Shown: piece after piece, positions 36,659 to 48,033 of the stretch
Position numbering within the stretch: the first letter of the stretch is position 1
How the letters are laid out: the number at the start of each line of letters is the position of its first letter
DNA from: an uncultured bacterium
Lineage (GTDB): Bacteria > Zixibacteria > MSB-5A5 > GN15 > FEB-12
Length of the DNA stretch: 64,000 nucleotides
Reading direction: 5' to 3'
NCBI GenBank assembly: GCA_965372795.1
Contig: CBDVDR010000003.1
Coordinates: 178,265 to 242,264, forward strand
Translations under genes and position numbers: made by a program
Notes under the pieces: model-generated
Told to the model about the DNA's origin: nothing
The model's input: only the letters and a program-made list of their open reading frames with translations
Database searches by the model: none

Positions 36659-38725
36659 TTATTGGCAATTAGGAGGAGCGTCTCCAAAATTGAACATATA
36701 TTCAACATAAAATGTTAAGTCGGATATTCCAACTTCAATATCGCCATTAATATCCATGTGGGTAGGACATCCGGAGCTTTCACCGCCGTCAAAGAGATAA
36801 TCGACGATAAAGGTTAAATCAGAAATTTCGTGGGATCCGTTTAAGTCGTTATCGCCTCGTAAGACACAACAGCAGGCATCACCGATATTATCATTATTGG
36901 AATCGATTTGATCAGGGTTATTAACAGTTGGACAATTGTCATTAGAAGCGCAGAGTCCATCGGAATCCTGATCGTTATATTGGTCATTAGGGCAATCGTC
37001 CACATCGCCACAAATTCCATCACCATCAATATCATTGTCAAAATCGTTTGGACATGAGTCGCAAGAGTTTCCTATTCCATCGCCGTCAGTGTCGGTTTGA
37101 TCCGGATTATAATCAGCGCTGCAATTATCGCACTCATTACCGAATCCGTCTGTATCAAGATCATCTTGTGAAGGATTATAAACACCGGGGCAGTTATCTG
37201 TATAATCAGAAATACCATCGCCATCGCCATCAGCAATATTAGGGCTTTCGATATAAAGATATAATCTGTCATCAACCATCGAATCAACTCGCACAAATAT
37301 ATTAGATGGTCCTCCATAGCCGTCCGAGCTTGGATAGGTTAGAGGTCCGAACTCTGATTGTCCGTCTACATCATCAGAAAACAGGGCACCTCTTCTGGTT
37401 TCATAAGGATACCACCATTGAGCGGAATCAGTTAGTCGCCCTTCGGGATTGGTCAGATAATTTCGACTGGGGTTGTATCCGGCATCTTCAACGGTAACTT
37501 TATAATTAGGGAGCCCTGGCCAACCATTATTTCTCCACCCTCCGACTGAATCATGAATGTGAGTAATGAGAAGTCCTCTATCAAGGGTGTCAGATCCATG
37601 AGTCAAATCTGGCCAAAAGAAAGAACTAAAATCGGAATCGACTTTACTAAATTGAGCCGTAGACCTGTGATTGCGATATTCAAGCAGGAAATACTCACCT
37701 TCTGCCGGATTTATCGGAAGGATATATAATGAACTGTCACTTCTGGTTTCAAGATTATAAAGAACAACATCACTCAAAGTGCCATTCAAAGCAATCGGCT
37801 CGACCCAGCCGAGATTCTTTTTAATCCATCCGCTATGATGTGTTGGGTTATGTCCATATCCGCCAAGTGATAAAATACCATAGCCACCATATCCCATAAG
37901 GCACCAATCTACGAGAGGATGGTCATTTGCATCATTAGGAGTAGAGTAGGTTGCAGTATTAATTTTTTCATCATAATCATATAGATCAGGCATACCGAGA
38001 TTATGAGTAAGTTCATGACAGAAAACTCTGATCCCGTTTAGAGTATCACCCCGAACTGCTGTTACAAAGTTTGAATCGCGAAGTTGTGCCATTTCGGGGG
38101 ATGTATTCCACATTGAAACTGTTTTGCCATCAAATGGTCCCGGACCTTGACCGGGAGGGTAGGTGTAAGCATAAGACCAAATATCTAAGGGGTCATGAGT
38201 AAATTCCTGACCGGTGCCGGAGCGTAGAAAAACAACGGCATCGACATCACCGTCGTTATTAGCATCATATTGAGAAAAATCAATAAAATTATCTAAAGCA
38301 GGAAGTATCGATTCAAAATCAAACCAGCCCTGATAAAAACCAGCGTCATACCAATCATAAACATCACCGGTCATTGTTAATTTACCATAGGATGATTCAT
38401 AGAAGAAATCAGCAACTGAACCGCCCGGGTAAACATTCCGGGAGAACAGCATACTGTCTAAGGTTTCCCTTGAATACGACCCCCGACGATTTTGCCAATC
38501 AACAAGCACAACAACCAGACGGAGAGTATCAGCTTCAAAACTATAAGACATAATTTTTGCTGAATCCGCAGCTGTCAGAGTTGATACAGGTATTCGCCCA
38601 ATTTTTTGAGATAAATACTCCTGGGGAAGGTCATAGTAGATGCCTTTTGTAAAATCAGTGGCAACCACCGGTAAAGAAAGCAATAATAAAAGCACAACGA
38701 TGCGGATAGTTTTAGCAAGACGCAT
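36659..38725 (-). CDS. Secreted M6 (immune inhibitor A-like) metalloprotease with thrombospondin type 3 repeats and a dockerin-like C-terminus
   Basis: HELTHNLGMPDLYD, WCLMG, EYFLLEYR; DxDGDG/DNCP repeats; CCVLRGD...ISDLTFIVDYLF. Confidence 0.9.
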   Translation of the reverse strand: MRLAKTIRIVVLLLLLSLPVVATDFTKGIYYDLPQEYLSQKIGRIPVSTLTAADSAKIMSYSFEADTLRLVVVLVDWQNRRGSYSRETLDSMLFSRNVYPGGSVADFFYESSYGKLTMTGDVYDWYDAGFYQGWFDFESILPALDNFIDFSQYDANNDGDVDAVVFLRSGTGQEFTHDPLDIWSYAYTYPPGQGPGPFDGKTVSMWNTSPEMAQLRDSNFVTAVRGDTLNGIRVFCHELTHNLGMPDLYDYDEKINTATYSTPNDANDHPLVDWCLMGYGGYGILSLGGYGHNPTHHSGWIKKNLGWVEPIALNGTLSDVVLYNLETRSDSSLYILPINPAEGEYFLLEYRNHRSTAQFSKVDSDFSSFFWPDLTHGSDTLDRGLLITHIHDSVGGWRNNGWPGLPNYKVTVEDAGYNPSRNYLTNPEGRLTDSAQWWYPYETRRGALFSDDVDGQSEFGPLTYPSSDGYGGPSNIFVRVDSMVDDRLYLYIESPNIADGDGDGISDYTDNCPGVYNPSQDDLDTDGFGNECDNCSADYNPDQTDTDGDGIGNSCDSCPNDFDNDIDGDGICGDVDDCPNDQYNDQDSDGLCASNDNCPTVNNPDQIDSNNDNIGDACCCVLRGDNDLNGSHEISDLTFIVDYLFDGGESSGCPTHMDINGDIEVGISDLTFYVEYMFNFGDAPPNCQ

Positions 38726-38830
38726 ATTTTGCTCCTTAGAAAAAATTAAAAAACGAAAAATGGGTAAGACAGTATAAATATACTCAAGTTGTCTGATTTG
38801 TCAACAATGTAAAAAGTGTTCAATACTTAT

Positions 38831-38862
38831 AAAAAAACCCGGTTAAAAAAAACCGGGTTTTT
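38831..38862 (-). terminator. Terminator after the porin gene
   Basis: A7-CCCGGTT...AACCGGG-T5. Confidence 0.75.
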
Positions 38863-38883
38863 AAAATTATTGTGATATTCTTT

Positions 38884-39939
38884 TTAGAAATCAACAACGG
38901 TATTTAAATAGAGGAAACTTTCAGAGTCTTTGCCATCTTCTTGATAGCTCAAGTTTCGGTAGTTTATTGCAGCTTTGAAACCTTTAACCGGACTACATTC
39001 CAACCCAAAGATTAACAATGAATTTCCATCATCTTCGGTGTCAGTGTCAGGATCGGTAATATCAAATCTTCCAAAAAGACTTAAGGTACGAAGTCCCGGG
39101 CTGTTGGCGACGAGTTCTTCAAAATAAAGAGTTCCAAAGAATGACATAGTGCGTTCTTTAAGATCATCAGTTCCAGCACCCTGACCGAGAGTTCTGAAGT
39201 TAAAATCGGTACCAAAGTTGAAAGTTTTGCGATAAACAAGATTACCGGCTACTGAGAAGATTTGATTTTTCCAATCACTGGCTTCTTCGGGATCAGCAAT
39301 TACTTCATTCTGAGTTCCCATATAGAACTGACCAAAGAGAGAACTCTTGGCAAAATCTTCGTTATTTCTCAGAGGTTTAATATGTGCAAAAATGTTGATA
39401 TCTTTATTTTTATTAAGTTCTTCAACATCTGTATAAGAAGTTCCATTCAAAAAGGCGATACCGATTTTGCAGGGATTATTGCCATCAGATAAATAGTAAC
39501 TCATGGAAAAACCAAGATCAGAGGGTGGCAGGAAATGGGCCAGATCACTTGCTGTTTTACTTACATAGCGATGCCCCCAATATTTATTTATGTAACTGAT
39601 ATAAAATGTCGGTTGGAGACCAAAGCGGAAACTAACCTTGTCATTACCAAATGACGGTTTCCAGTCGAAGAATCCATATTTAATGATAACACCATAGCCA
39701 TCATAACCATTGATATTTCTTAAGTCGGCTGTAATATTAACAGATGTTCTTTCCGACAGTTTAGACTTTAGCTTAATATATGTTCTACTCAATCCAAATT
39801 CATTAGCACTTTCAGCACCATCGGTCATGTCCATCATCCAATGAGCATACAAACGGCCTTTCACAGTTGTTTCAGATGCTGATACGGTAAATGCTAAAAC
39901 ACTTAAAATCAGCATTGTGAGGATTATGATTTTCTTCAT
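38884..39939 (-). CDS. Outer-membrane porin (OprO/OprP-like)
   Basis: Signal peptide; FGLSRTYIK, NGTSY...NKNKD; terminal Phe. Confidence 0.65.
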   Translation of the reverse strand: MKKIIILTMLILSVLAFTVSASETTVKGRLYAHWMMDMTDGAESANEFGLSRTYIKLKSKLSERTSVNITADLRNINGYDGYGVIIKYGFFDWKPSFGNDKVSFRFGLQPTFYISYINKYWGHRYVSKTASDLAHFLPPSDLGFSMSYYLSDGNNPCKIGIAFLNGTSYTDVEELNKNKDINIFAHIKPLRNNEDFAKSSLFGQFYMGTQNEVIADPEEASDWKNQIFSVAGNLVYRKTFNFGTDFNFRTLGQGAGTDDLKERTMSFFGTLYFEELVANSPGLRTLSLFGRFDITDPDTDTEDDGNSLLIFGLECSPVKGFKAAINYRNLSYQEDGKDSESFLYLNTVVDF

Positions 39940-40159
39940 AAAAAAACTCCTTTTGTTAGTTAATGTATCATCAAATTTAATGACTTCTAAGATATTATCA
40001 TCTTAAAGTATGAATTTGATATTATTTTGAGTTTTAATGCAAGTTTAAAAGTTGATAAAAGAAAAAAAAGTTAATATTAAAATTTTTTCTTTCTTGAATT
40101 TATCAACATACTACAATATTTTGTTACTATAAAGTTCATAACTACAAAATGAGGTATAT

Positions 40160-41389
40160 GTGTTAAATATTGTCACTGAGTATTTAATTTCTTTTGGAGT
40201 ATCAACTGAAATTGCAAATCCATTAAGTTGGATAATTATCATTGTATTAATTGGCATTGTCGCCTCAGTTTTATACTTTATATCAAAAAGAATTTTATTA
40301 ACGGTTATTCATTTGTTCGTCAAAAAAAGTCGGACGAATTGGGATGATGTTCTTGCTGATAGAAATGTTTTCACCCGTTTATCACATCTTGTACCAGCCC
40401 TTGTTATTTATGCAATGTCTCCGGCGTTACCTCAAATAGAATCTTTATTACAACAATTATCCTTAGCTTATATGATGATTGTCGGGTTGGGGGTTTGGAG
40501 CGGATTTCTCAGCGCTGTGGTTGATATATATCAGACCTACGAAGTGTCAAAAGAAAGGCCGATCAAAGGTTTTATTCAGGTCATCAAAATTATTTCATTC
40601 GTTGTGGTCGGCATTATTATTATTGCCTCTATGATTAATCGTTCACCCTGGGCCTTGATAAGCGGTCTGGGTGCCTTATCAGCAGTTTTAATTTTAGTCT
40701 TTAAAGACAGCATTCTCGGGTTGGTTGCAGGGATTCAATTATCGGCTAATGATATGATTCGACGAGGCGATTGGATTGAAATGCCCAAGTATGGCGCCGA
40801 TGGTGATGTGATAGATGTAACCTTAAATACGGTAAAAATTCAAAACTGGGATAAGACGATTGTCACGATTCCGGCTTATTCTTTCATTTCAGATTCTTTC
40901 AAAAACTGGCGCGGGATGTCAGAATCGAATGGAAGACGCATCAAGCGTAAAATTTATATCGACATGAATACAGTTAAGTTTTGCAGTGATGAAATGATTA
41001 AGAAATTTGAAAAGATAAAATTTCTAAAAGAGTATGTAATCAAAAAGAATGAGGAATTATCAAAATATAACCGGGATCAAAATATTGATGAATCTGTATT
41101 AGTTAATGGAAGGCGCATGACCAATGTTGGAACCTTCCGTGCTTATCTGGTCAACTATTTAAGAAACCATTCTAAGGTAGAGCAGAACATGACATTTTTG
41201 GTCAGATATTTGCAACCGGATGAAAAAGGGCTGCCAATTGAAATTTATATTTTTTGTAATGATCAAGAATGGGCATCTTATGAAGATATTCAGGCAGATA
41301 TATTAGATCATATTATTGCCGTAATTCCGGAATTTGAATTGCGAATATTCCAAAACCCGTCCGGTAATGATTTTAGAAAAATAATTTAG
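40160..41389 (+). CDS. Mechanosensitive channel, MscS family (YbdG-like)
   Basis: GDWIEMPKYGADGDV, FKNWRGM, TNVGTFRAY. Confidence 0.9.
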   Translation: MLNIVTEYLISFGVSTEIANPLSWIIIIVLIGIVASVLYFISKRILLTVIHLFVKKSRTNWDDVLADRNVFTRLSHLVPALVIYAMSPALPQIESLLQQLSLAYMMIVGLGVWSGFLSAVVDIYQTYEVSKERPIKGFIQVIKIISFVVVGIIIIASMINRSPWALISGLGALSAVLILVFKDSILGLVAGIQLSANDMIRRGDWIEMPKYGADGDVIDVTLNTVKIQNWDKTIVTIPAYSFISDSFKNWRGMSESNGRRIKRKIYIDMNTVKFCSDEMIKKFEKIKFLKEYVIKKNEELSKYNRDQNIDESVLVNGRRMTNVGTFRAYLVNYLRNHSKVEQNMTFLVRYLQPDEKGLPIEIYIFCNDQEWASYEDIQADILDHIIAVIPEFELRIFQNPSGNDFRKII

Positions 41390-41398
41390 GAGATTAAA

Positions 41399-41788
41399 TT
41401 ATTTTTTGTAATCCCGTTTTACAGTTGTTTGAATACCGCCACGGGAATTAAAAATACCTTGAAGGGTAGCCTGTCGCGGCTTGATCGTTTTAATAATATC
41501 ATCTAAAACGCGATTGATTACATTTTCGTGGAAGATTCCCTTGTTGCGATATTCCAGCAGATATTCTTTGAAGCTTTTGAGTTCAATACAGTTAACATCC
41601 GGGGTGTAGGTCAAAATCAAAATTGCAAAATCGGGTAGTCCGGTTTTGGGGCAAATGCAGGAAAATTCATTAACGGACATCTTGATTTCATAATCCCGGT
41701 CAGGATAGATATTATTAAAGGTTTCGATTTCAGGAGTTTTCCAGTCCCTGATATCCTCCTGTTTACCTTCATATTGAGAATCTGTCAT
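41399..41788 (-). CDS. queF: preQ1 synthase (type I QueF)
   Basis: EFSCICPKTGLPDFA, ELKSFK, FHE, RGGI. Confidence 0.95.
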   Translation of the reverse strand: MTDSQYEGKQEDIRDWKTPEIETFNNIYPDRDYEIKMSVNEFSCICPKTGLPDFAILILTYTPDVNCIELKSFKEYLLEYRNKGIFHENVINRVLDDIIKTIKPRQATLQGIFNSRGGIQTTVKRDYKK

Positions 41789-41973
41789 ATTTTTTTGCCT
41801 TTTATATTACTGAATTTCACTTATATCAAACTAACAATGATAGCCTGTGTGAAAATATAGGGTGTCGAGTGAAATTTGGCAATTATTTACAATAATAAAA
41901 TGGATTCTGAATATTTGCATATATTCTAATTAAATGTATATTGTGGGGCTATAATAAGTAAGGAATTTAGAAA

Positions 41974-42684
41974 TTGGATAAATTGAGTAAAAAAGCGGTA
42001 GTTCTTCTAAGCGGAGGGATAGACTCCTATACAACCGCAGCGATGGCGAAAGAGTCGGGATATGAAATTTATGCCATTAGTTTTGATTATAACCAACGGC
42101 ATAGATATGAGCTTAAGTCAGCCGGGAAAATAGCCGAAAATTTGGGAGTTAAAAAACATCTGTCTCAGAATTTAGATTTGAGAAAGATTGGCGGTTCGGC
42201 TTTAACTGATGATATTGAGGTTCCTAAACAAGTTTCAATCGAAGATATCGGCGATGAGATTCCTATTACTTATGTACCGGCAAGAAATACTATATTCCTT
42301 TCAGTTGCATTAGGCTGGGCTGAGTCACTTGGGGTTTACGATATTTTCATCGGAGCAAATGCGCTTGACTATTCAGGATATCCTGATTGCCGTCCGGAAT
42401 ATTTAAAATCATTTGAAGCAATGGCAAACCTTGCGACCAAAGCCGGAGTGGAAGGTAATCGGATTACAATTCATGCGCCCCTGCTTGAACTTTCCAAAGC
42501 AGATATTATAAAAAAAGGATTGGAACTTGGGTTGGATTATTCCTTGAGTTTCAGCTGTTATGATCCCGGAGATAATGGTGATGCCTGCGGTGAATGTGAA
42601 AGTTGTCAATTACGGCACAGAGGATTTATCCGAGCCGGGGTTGCCGATCCTACTATTTACAAAAACAAATCAGAGTTATCGTAG
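41974..42684 (+). CDS. queC: 7-cyano-7-deazaguanine synthase
   Basis: SGGIDS, YVPARN, YPDCR, CGECESC. Confidence 0.97.
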   Translation: MDKLSKKAVVLLSGGIDSYTTAAMAKESGYEIYAISFDYNQRHRYELKSAGKIAENLGVKKHLSQNLDLRKIGGSALTDDIEVPKQVSIEDIGDEIPITYVPARNTIFLSVALGWAESLGVYDIFIGANALDYSGYPDCRPEYLKSFEAMANLATKAGVEGNRITIHAPLLELSKADIIKKGLELGLDYSLSFSCYDPGDNGDACGECESCQLRHRGFIRAGVADPTIYKNKSELS

Positions 42685-42686
42685 TT

Positions 42687-43436
42687 ATGCAATATAAACC
42701 TAATCTTGAATCAGTCCCAGAAATAGAAAAGGGAATGTTACCGGTTACGGAGATTTTTTATTCACTTCAAGGTGAGGGACGTCATAGCGGATATCCATCA
42801 ATTTTTATCAGACTAAAGTATTGTAATTTGGGCTGCTCCTGGTGCGATACCCGTTTTACATGGGACAAAAAGTTAATTGAGCCGGGAGAATTATTGTCTA
42901 ATGATGATATCCTGACTAAAGCATTAAAAATTTTGGAGCCAGTCGGTTTAGAAGTTGGGAAAGTTCGGGTTGTGTTGACCGGCGGTGAGCCGATGCTTCA
43001 TCAGGAGAAATTGCCCGATTTGATCAGACATTTTAAAGATGTCGGATTTGAATTATTTGATGTTGAAACTAATGGTATGTTTAAACCCAATTCGGAGCTG
43101 CTGGAGCTGGTCAGTTGGTGGAACTGTTCGCCCAAACTTGCCAATAACGGAATTGACATATCTGAGAGTTTTGTTGCTGAAGCGCTTGAAATGATTTCTA
43201 AGAGCAGCAAAGCAGATTTTAAATTTGTAGTAAAAAATCTGGCTGATATAGATGAGATTGAAGAGAGGTTTTTACCGGCTATCAGAACTGATCAAATAAT
43301 GCTTATGCCGGAAGGCTGGACCCAGAAAAAGCAATTGGAAAGTATGTCCTGGGTATTAGAAGAATGTACAAAGAGAGGGTTTCGCTTTTCACCCAGATTA
43401 CATATATTGGTCTGGAATAATGAACGAGCGAGATAA
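42687..43436 (+). CDS. queE: 7-carboxy-7-deazaguanine synthase (radical SAM)
   Basis: EIFYSLQGEG, CNLGCSWCDT, TGGEP; start moved to ATG 42687. Confidence 0.95.
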   Translation: MQYKPNLESVPEIEKGMLPVTEIFYSLQGEGRHSGYPSIFIRLKYCNLGCSWCDTRFTWDKKLIEPGELLSNDDILTKALKILEPVGLEVGKVRVVLTGGEPMLHQEKLPDLIRHFKDVGFELFDVETNGMFKPNSELLELVSWWNCSPKLANNGIDISESFVAEALEMISKSSKADFKFVVKNLADIDEIEERFLPAIRTDQIMLMPEGWTQKKQLESMSWVLEECTKRGFRFSPRLHILVWNNERAR

Positions 43437-43447
43437 CGAGTAAGGTT

Positions 43448-43810
43448 ATGAAAGTAAAATTAACAAAAATGTTTCGGTTTGAGGCTTCCCATTGCCTCGA
43501 CCATCTTCCAAAAAGTCATCCCTGTTATAAACTGCATGGGCATAGTTATAAAATAGTTGTGGAAGTTTATGGTGAAGTTGACACGGTAACCGGATTTTTG
43601 ATTGACTATGGTGATTTGAAAAAAATAGTTCAGCCGATCATTAATCGGCTTGATCATAAACATTTGAATGAAATTGAGGATTTACATTATACTTCCTCAG
43701 AATATCTTGCCAAATGGCTTTGGGATAAAATTAAACCGCAAATTTCGGTCTTGAATCGGATATTGGTTTATGAAACCGAATCAACCAGTTGTGAATATTC
43801 CGGTGAGTGA
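43448..43810 (+). CDS. queD: 6-carboxytetrahydropterin synthase
   Basis: FEASH, CYKLHGHSY, LDHKHLN, ET. Confidence 0.95.
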   Translation: MKVKLTKMFRFEASHCLDHLPKSHPCYKLHGHSYKIVVEVYGEVDTVTGFLIDYGDLKKIVQPIINRLDHKHLNEIEDLHYTSSEYLAKWLWDKIKPQISVLNRILVYETESTSCEYSGE

Positions 43811-43891
43811 TTAAGTCAAATTTTGCTTCCACTAACAATCTTTTATTAGTATTTTCATCATTAAATAAATTATTAGTTTCTGGAATCAATA

Positions 43892-46800
43892 ATGTATAGA
43901 ACTACTCTGATTGTCTTACTTTTTGTATTTAGCATATCTTTAAATACTTTCTCAAAAAATATTAATATAAACAGTCCTCGGGTGTGGGAGCAGGAAGTAA
44001 ATTATAAACTTGATGTTACTCTGCAAGACGATAATAGAACGATTGAGGGCAGTATAGAAATAGAATATATTAATAATTCCCCTGACTCTCTTCGTGTGAT
44101 TTATCTAAAAGCGTTTCCCAATGCGATTCAAAAAGATTCCTATGCTGATAAAAAAAGAAGAATGACGAATAATTATTCATTCGCCAAGTTAAAACCGGAA
44201 GAAGAAGGCTCGCTTGAGTTATTTGAAATTTCAGAAAGAATAAATTATCGTTCAATTTCCGTAGATAATTCGATAATAAAAATTGATCTTGAACAGGCGT
44301 TAGCCGCTTCGGACACTTTGAACCTCGCTTTCAATTTTAAAACCATTCTGCCAAGTCCTGATAATATGCGGATGGGGTATGAAAGAGCTGTTGTCAAAGC
44401 AGTCTATTGGTATCCGCAGGTGTGTGTCTATGACCGAAAGCTTGGCTGGGTAAATTCACAATATCTCGGGTGGGGCGAGAGTTATGGAGATTTTGGATCA
44501 TTTGAAGTTTCAATCACTGCCCCGGAAGATCAAATCGTTGCAGCGAGCGGGATTTGTGTGAACGAAAAGGAAGTCCTGCCGGACTCGCTTCGCGAGCTTT
44601 ATGATATTAAAAATTTTATGAAGCCTAAGGGTGAATGGCCAATATTTAATTTTGATGAAAATAAAACAAAAACCTGGAAGTATGTTGCGAATAAAGTTAA
44701 TGACTTCGCTTTTACAACTTCCAATAATTGGTGTATAGATTCCGATTCAATCAATGGCGTTGAAGTTATCGCTTATCCGTTAAGAAATAAAGCTCACGGT
44801 TGGGAAAGCGCGGTCAGGCTTGGTAAAGAAGCGATTGAAACATTTTCCGAATACTTTTATCCTTATCAATGGCCGGTAATAAGAATTTGTGATGCATTTG
44901 GGGGAATGGAATATCCGATGATTACAAATTGTACAATGCAAGGACCCTCGCCATCTTATAGTATGCTTCTGTATCATGAAATAGGACATCAATGGTTTAT
45001 GGGGCAGGTAGGGTCAAATCAGGTTGACCGTCCGTTTCTTGATGAGGGTTTTACAACCCACATGGAACATGTGATAATGGAAAAATACTACGGACGCAAA
45101 GGCAATTACAACCGATTCAAAACCTGGTATCAGCGTAAATTTTCTCCTGATTTTGAAAATCGTAATGTACGCGGTTTTAGTCCTATGATGCAGCTGATCA
45201 AATCTGATTACGATAAACCTTTAAGTTTTTCATATGATCAGGGCGAGGAGTACTGGACCCATCGGGTTTCGGCCTATTATAAATCAGCAGCGATGCATTA
45301 TTCGCTGCGTTCTATTTTTGGAGATTCATTATATTTTTCGGCGATGCATCACTATTGTGACAAATGGTTTTTCCACCATCCTTATGAAGAAGATTTTACA
45401 ATGGCGATGGAAGAAGCCACAGGGTTGGAATTAGATAATTACTTACAGCAATGGTATTACTCACGAAAAAAACTTGATTATGTTTTCGCTGGGAAATCGA
45501 AATCAACAAACGGGCATGATTATGTTCATACAATTAAATTAGAAAATAAAGGCGAGCTTGTCTCGCCGATAGATATTGCAATTATCTGGCAACAGGGTGA
45601 CACAACTTTTTATACTGCCGCACCGGAAGGAATGGATTACGCCAAGCCCGGGAATATTCTTTTACCGGTTTGGAACCAGTTTCGTCGATTAGATAAAAAA
45701 TATGAATTCAAGGTTAAAGCCAAGCGGGATATTCAAAAAGTTGTTATCGACCCTTATAATTTACTAATTGATGTTAACCGGCTCAATAACAGTTCAGGAT
45801 TTTTACCGCCGATAGAATTCCGGCTTGACAATATGAAATATGATCGCATGCCGGTAAATGAATATGCGCTCAGGTGGCGTCCTGATCTGTGGTATAGTGA
45901 AACAGGGGGATTACAGCTCGGAGTTCATTCACATGGTTCGTATCTTGAAATTGACAAACGCTTCTCGCTTGATTTTCGATTGAGTACAAAAAACGCCCGC
46001 CCGGAAATAGATTTAAAATACTCATCACCTTTTAAACCATTTGGAAGGAATTCTTTTTCAGGGTGGCATTTTTTAAGAGCTGATCGCAGGACATATTTTT
46101 CAAATTTCATGGAGAAAAAATTTAAAAAACTTTATTCCCGGGATGATTATCAGTTGCTGCGTTTTGAATTTAATTATCTTGATCTATCCGGTACCCAGTA
46201 TCAGCGCTTTGACCCTTTACCTGATGACATTGTAAAATACCTTCCTGATAATATGTGGGATGCGAATTATACCATGTATTTTAAATTTTACATGGAGAAA
46301 TTTACAACCTTCCGGTATGGGAGTTATTTCATAAAAATGAACCAGATGTTTGGACGTTTCACTGAATTTAACCGTTCGCATGGTTTTAAGTTGATACAGC
46401 ATCGGGGAGGAATAACGTTTACGAATAACAATAAACAGTTTTTTAAACTAAGTTTTCAATATCTTGATATCACCGGCGAACCGCCCTCACAATTTTTACC
46501 TCACTTAAGCCGTCTATCAGGAGTTGATCAATTTGTAAATTCAAAACTGTTTCGTGCCCCGGGAACATTTCCGGTAAAATGGAACGAAGATTTTTATGCT
46601 GCCAATGAACGGGTTCGAGGTTATCAGGACCGAACAATTTATATTACAGAATCAATGGGTGGTTCACTTGAGATTACTCCGCCGGATCTGCTGCCTTACC
46701 AATGGTTTAAAAATGTTCCGGTAATCGGCCGGTTTCTTTCTAAGATTGATCAAACTCTGTTTGTAGATGCGGCGGCAATCTCTATGGGTGGCAAAGAGCA

Positions 46801-47017
46801 ATACTATCCGCAACTATATTCTACTAATGAGACACTGTCCTATGGTGAAGACAGAGAATTGTATCTTTCGGCGGGGATATCAATCATGGCTCCTCCAGTA
46901 TGGTCAGACCATAAACTTCGGATTGATTTTCCATTGTACTTGAATAAACCGATTGAAGGTGATGAGAAATTTGAATTTAGATTTTCGGTAGCCTGGGAAC
47001 TTCCAAATATTATGTAG
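43892..47017 (+). CDS. Secreted M1-family metallopeptidase with a C-terminal beta-rich (barrel-like) extension
   Basis: GGMEYP, HEIGHQWF...DEG; signal peptide. Confidence 0.85.
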   Translation: MYRTTLIVLLFVFSISLNTFSKNININSPRVWEQEVNYKLDVTLQDDNRTIEGSIEIEYINNSPDSLRVIYLKAFPNAIQKDSYADKKRRMTNNYSFAKLKPEEEGSLELFEISERINYRSISVDNSIIKIDLEQALAASDTLNLAFNFKTILPSPDNMRMGYERAVVKAVYWYPQVCVYDRKLGWVNSQYLGWGESYGDFGSFEVSITAPEDQIVAASGICVNEKEVLPDSLRELYDIKNFMKPKGEWPIFNFDENKTKTWKYVANKVNDFAFTTSNNWCIDSDSINGVEVIAYPLRNKAHGWESAVRLGKEAIETFSEYFYPYQWPVIRICDAFGGMEYPMITNCTMQGPSPSYSMLLYHEIGHQWFMGQVGSNQVDRPFLDEGFTTHMEHVIMEKYYGRKGNYNRFKTWYQRKFSPDFENRNVRGFSPMMQLIKSDYDKPLSFSYDQGEEYWTHRVSAYYKSAAMHYSLRSIFGDSLYFSAMHHYCDKWFFHHPYEEDFTMAMEEATGLELDNYLQQWYYSRKKLDYVFAGKSKSTNGHDYVHTIKLENKGELVSPIDIAIIWQQGDTTFYTAAPEGMDYAKPGNILLPVWNQFRRLDKKYEFKVKAKRDIQKVVIDPYNLLIDVNRLNNSSGFLPPIEFRLDNMKYDRMPVNEYALRWRPDLWYSETGGLQLGVHSHGSYLEIDKRFSLDFRLSTKNARPEIDLKYSSPFKPFGRNSFSGWHFLRADRRTYFSNFMEKKFKKLYSRDDYQLLRFEFNYLDLSGTQYQRFDPLPDDIVKYLPDNMWDANYTMYFKFYMEKFTTFRYGSYFIKMNQMFGRFTEFNRSHGFKLIQHRGGITFTNNNKQFFKLSFQYLDITGEPPSQFLPHLSRLSGVDQFVNSKLFRAPGTFPVKWNEDFYAANERVRGYQDRTIYITESMGGSLEITPPDLLPYQWFKNVPVIGRFLSKIDQTLFVDAAAISMGGKEQYYPQLYSTNETLSYGEDRELYLSAGISIMAPPVWSDHKLRIDFPLYLNKPIEGDEKFEFRFSVAWELPNIM

Positions 47018-47996
47018 GACGGTCTGAGTTTACAAATTTGTTCCGGAAAGATTCTACAGCCTGTTTGACATCATCGACTGTTTCTGTTTTTTCAAAAGCG
47101 ATGCGGAGTTCTTTAGCTCCGTAAAAATCGGTTGCGTATGCCCAGAGATGTTTCCGCATATATAAAAACGGTTTATTTTCTCCAAAGGTATCGTGATAGA
47201 GCTGGGCATGTTCGATCATGATATCAAGAATTTGATTAACCGTCACTTCATCACGTTTTATATTTCTATTAAACAACCAGGGGTTGCCAAAAATGGCACG
47301 GCCGAACATCACTCCATCAATACCGGTTTCTTCGACCAGTTGATCAGCCTGTTCCAATGATTTGATGTCACCATTACCGATTATCAAAGTGTCGGTATCT
47401 TTGGCAAGTTCGACAGCGTGATGAATCTGATCCCAATGAGCATCATATTTTGACATCTCTTTAGCGGTTCGCAAGTGAACGGTAATGATTTCCGGTTTTG
47501 CTTCCAGTAGTTTTTCTATCCACTCGCGGATCATAATTTTATTATAACCGATTCTGGTTTTTACGGTAACAGGGAGGCCGTTAGAATTTTCTTTGGTGAT
47601 TTGAATTAATTCTTTAGCCAGTTCAGGCTCTTTAATTAGCGAAGCCCCGGCACCCTGTTTACAAACATTTTTTTCAGGGCAGCCCATATTTATATCAATT
47701 CCGTCAAATCCCATTTCAGCAATCATCTTGATAGCTTTGGCGTAGGTCTTGGGATTCTTGCCAAATACCTGAGCAACAATCGGTCGTTCAAGTTCATCAT
47801 ATTTCAAAATTTTTATCAGATGATCTTTTCCGGGAGAACAAAGCCCATCACAAGAGATAAACTCGGTGTAGAGGATATCCGGTTTACCATGAATAGAAAT
47901 TAGTTTCCGAAAGGCAGCATCGGTGACATCAGCCATCGGTGCCAGAGTATAAATCGGCTTTTTCAGTTTGGAATAAAATCCGTTCGGTTTTTTCAT
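47010..47996 (-). CDS. dus: tRNA-dihydrouridine synthase
   Basis: LAPMADVTD, DINMGCP, VKTRIG, GNGDI. Confidence 0.93.
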   Translation of the reverse strand: MKKPNGFYSKLKKPIYTLAPMADVTDAAFRKLISIHGKPDILYTEFISCDGLCSPGKDHLIKILKYDELERPIVAQVFGKNPKTYAKAIKMIAEMGFDGIDINMGCPEKNVCKQGAGASLIKEPELAKELIQITKENSNGLPVTVKTRIGYNKIMIREWIEKLLEAKPEIITVHLRTAKEMSKYDAHWDQIHHAVELAKDTDTLIIGNGDIKSLEQADQLVEETGIDGVMFGRAIFGNPWLFNRNIKRDEVTVNQILDIMIEHAQLYHDTFGENKPFLYMRKHLWAYATDFYGAKELRIAFEKTETVDDVKQAVESFRNKFVNSDRPT

Positions 47997-48033
47997 AGTC
48001 CTATATATAGGTAAAGAATCATAAATTCAATAG

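Noticed and set aside
41399..43810. queF/queCED as a 7-deazaguanine DNA-modification (dpd) defence system or with a preQ1 riboswitch
   Set aside because: No dpdA/tgt-like gene is nearby, QueF points to ordinary tRNA queuosine synthesis, and no preQ1-I aptamer pattern was recognised in 41790-41973.
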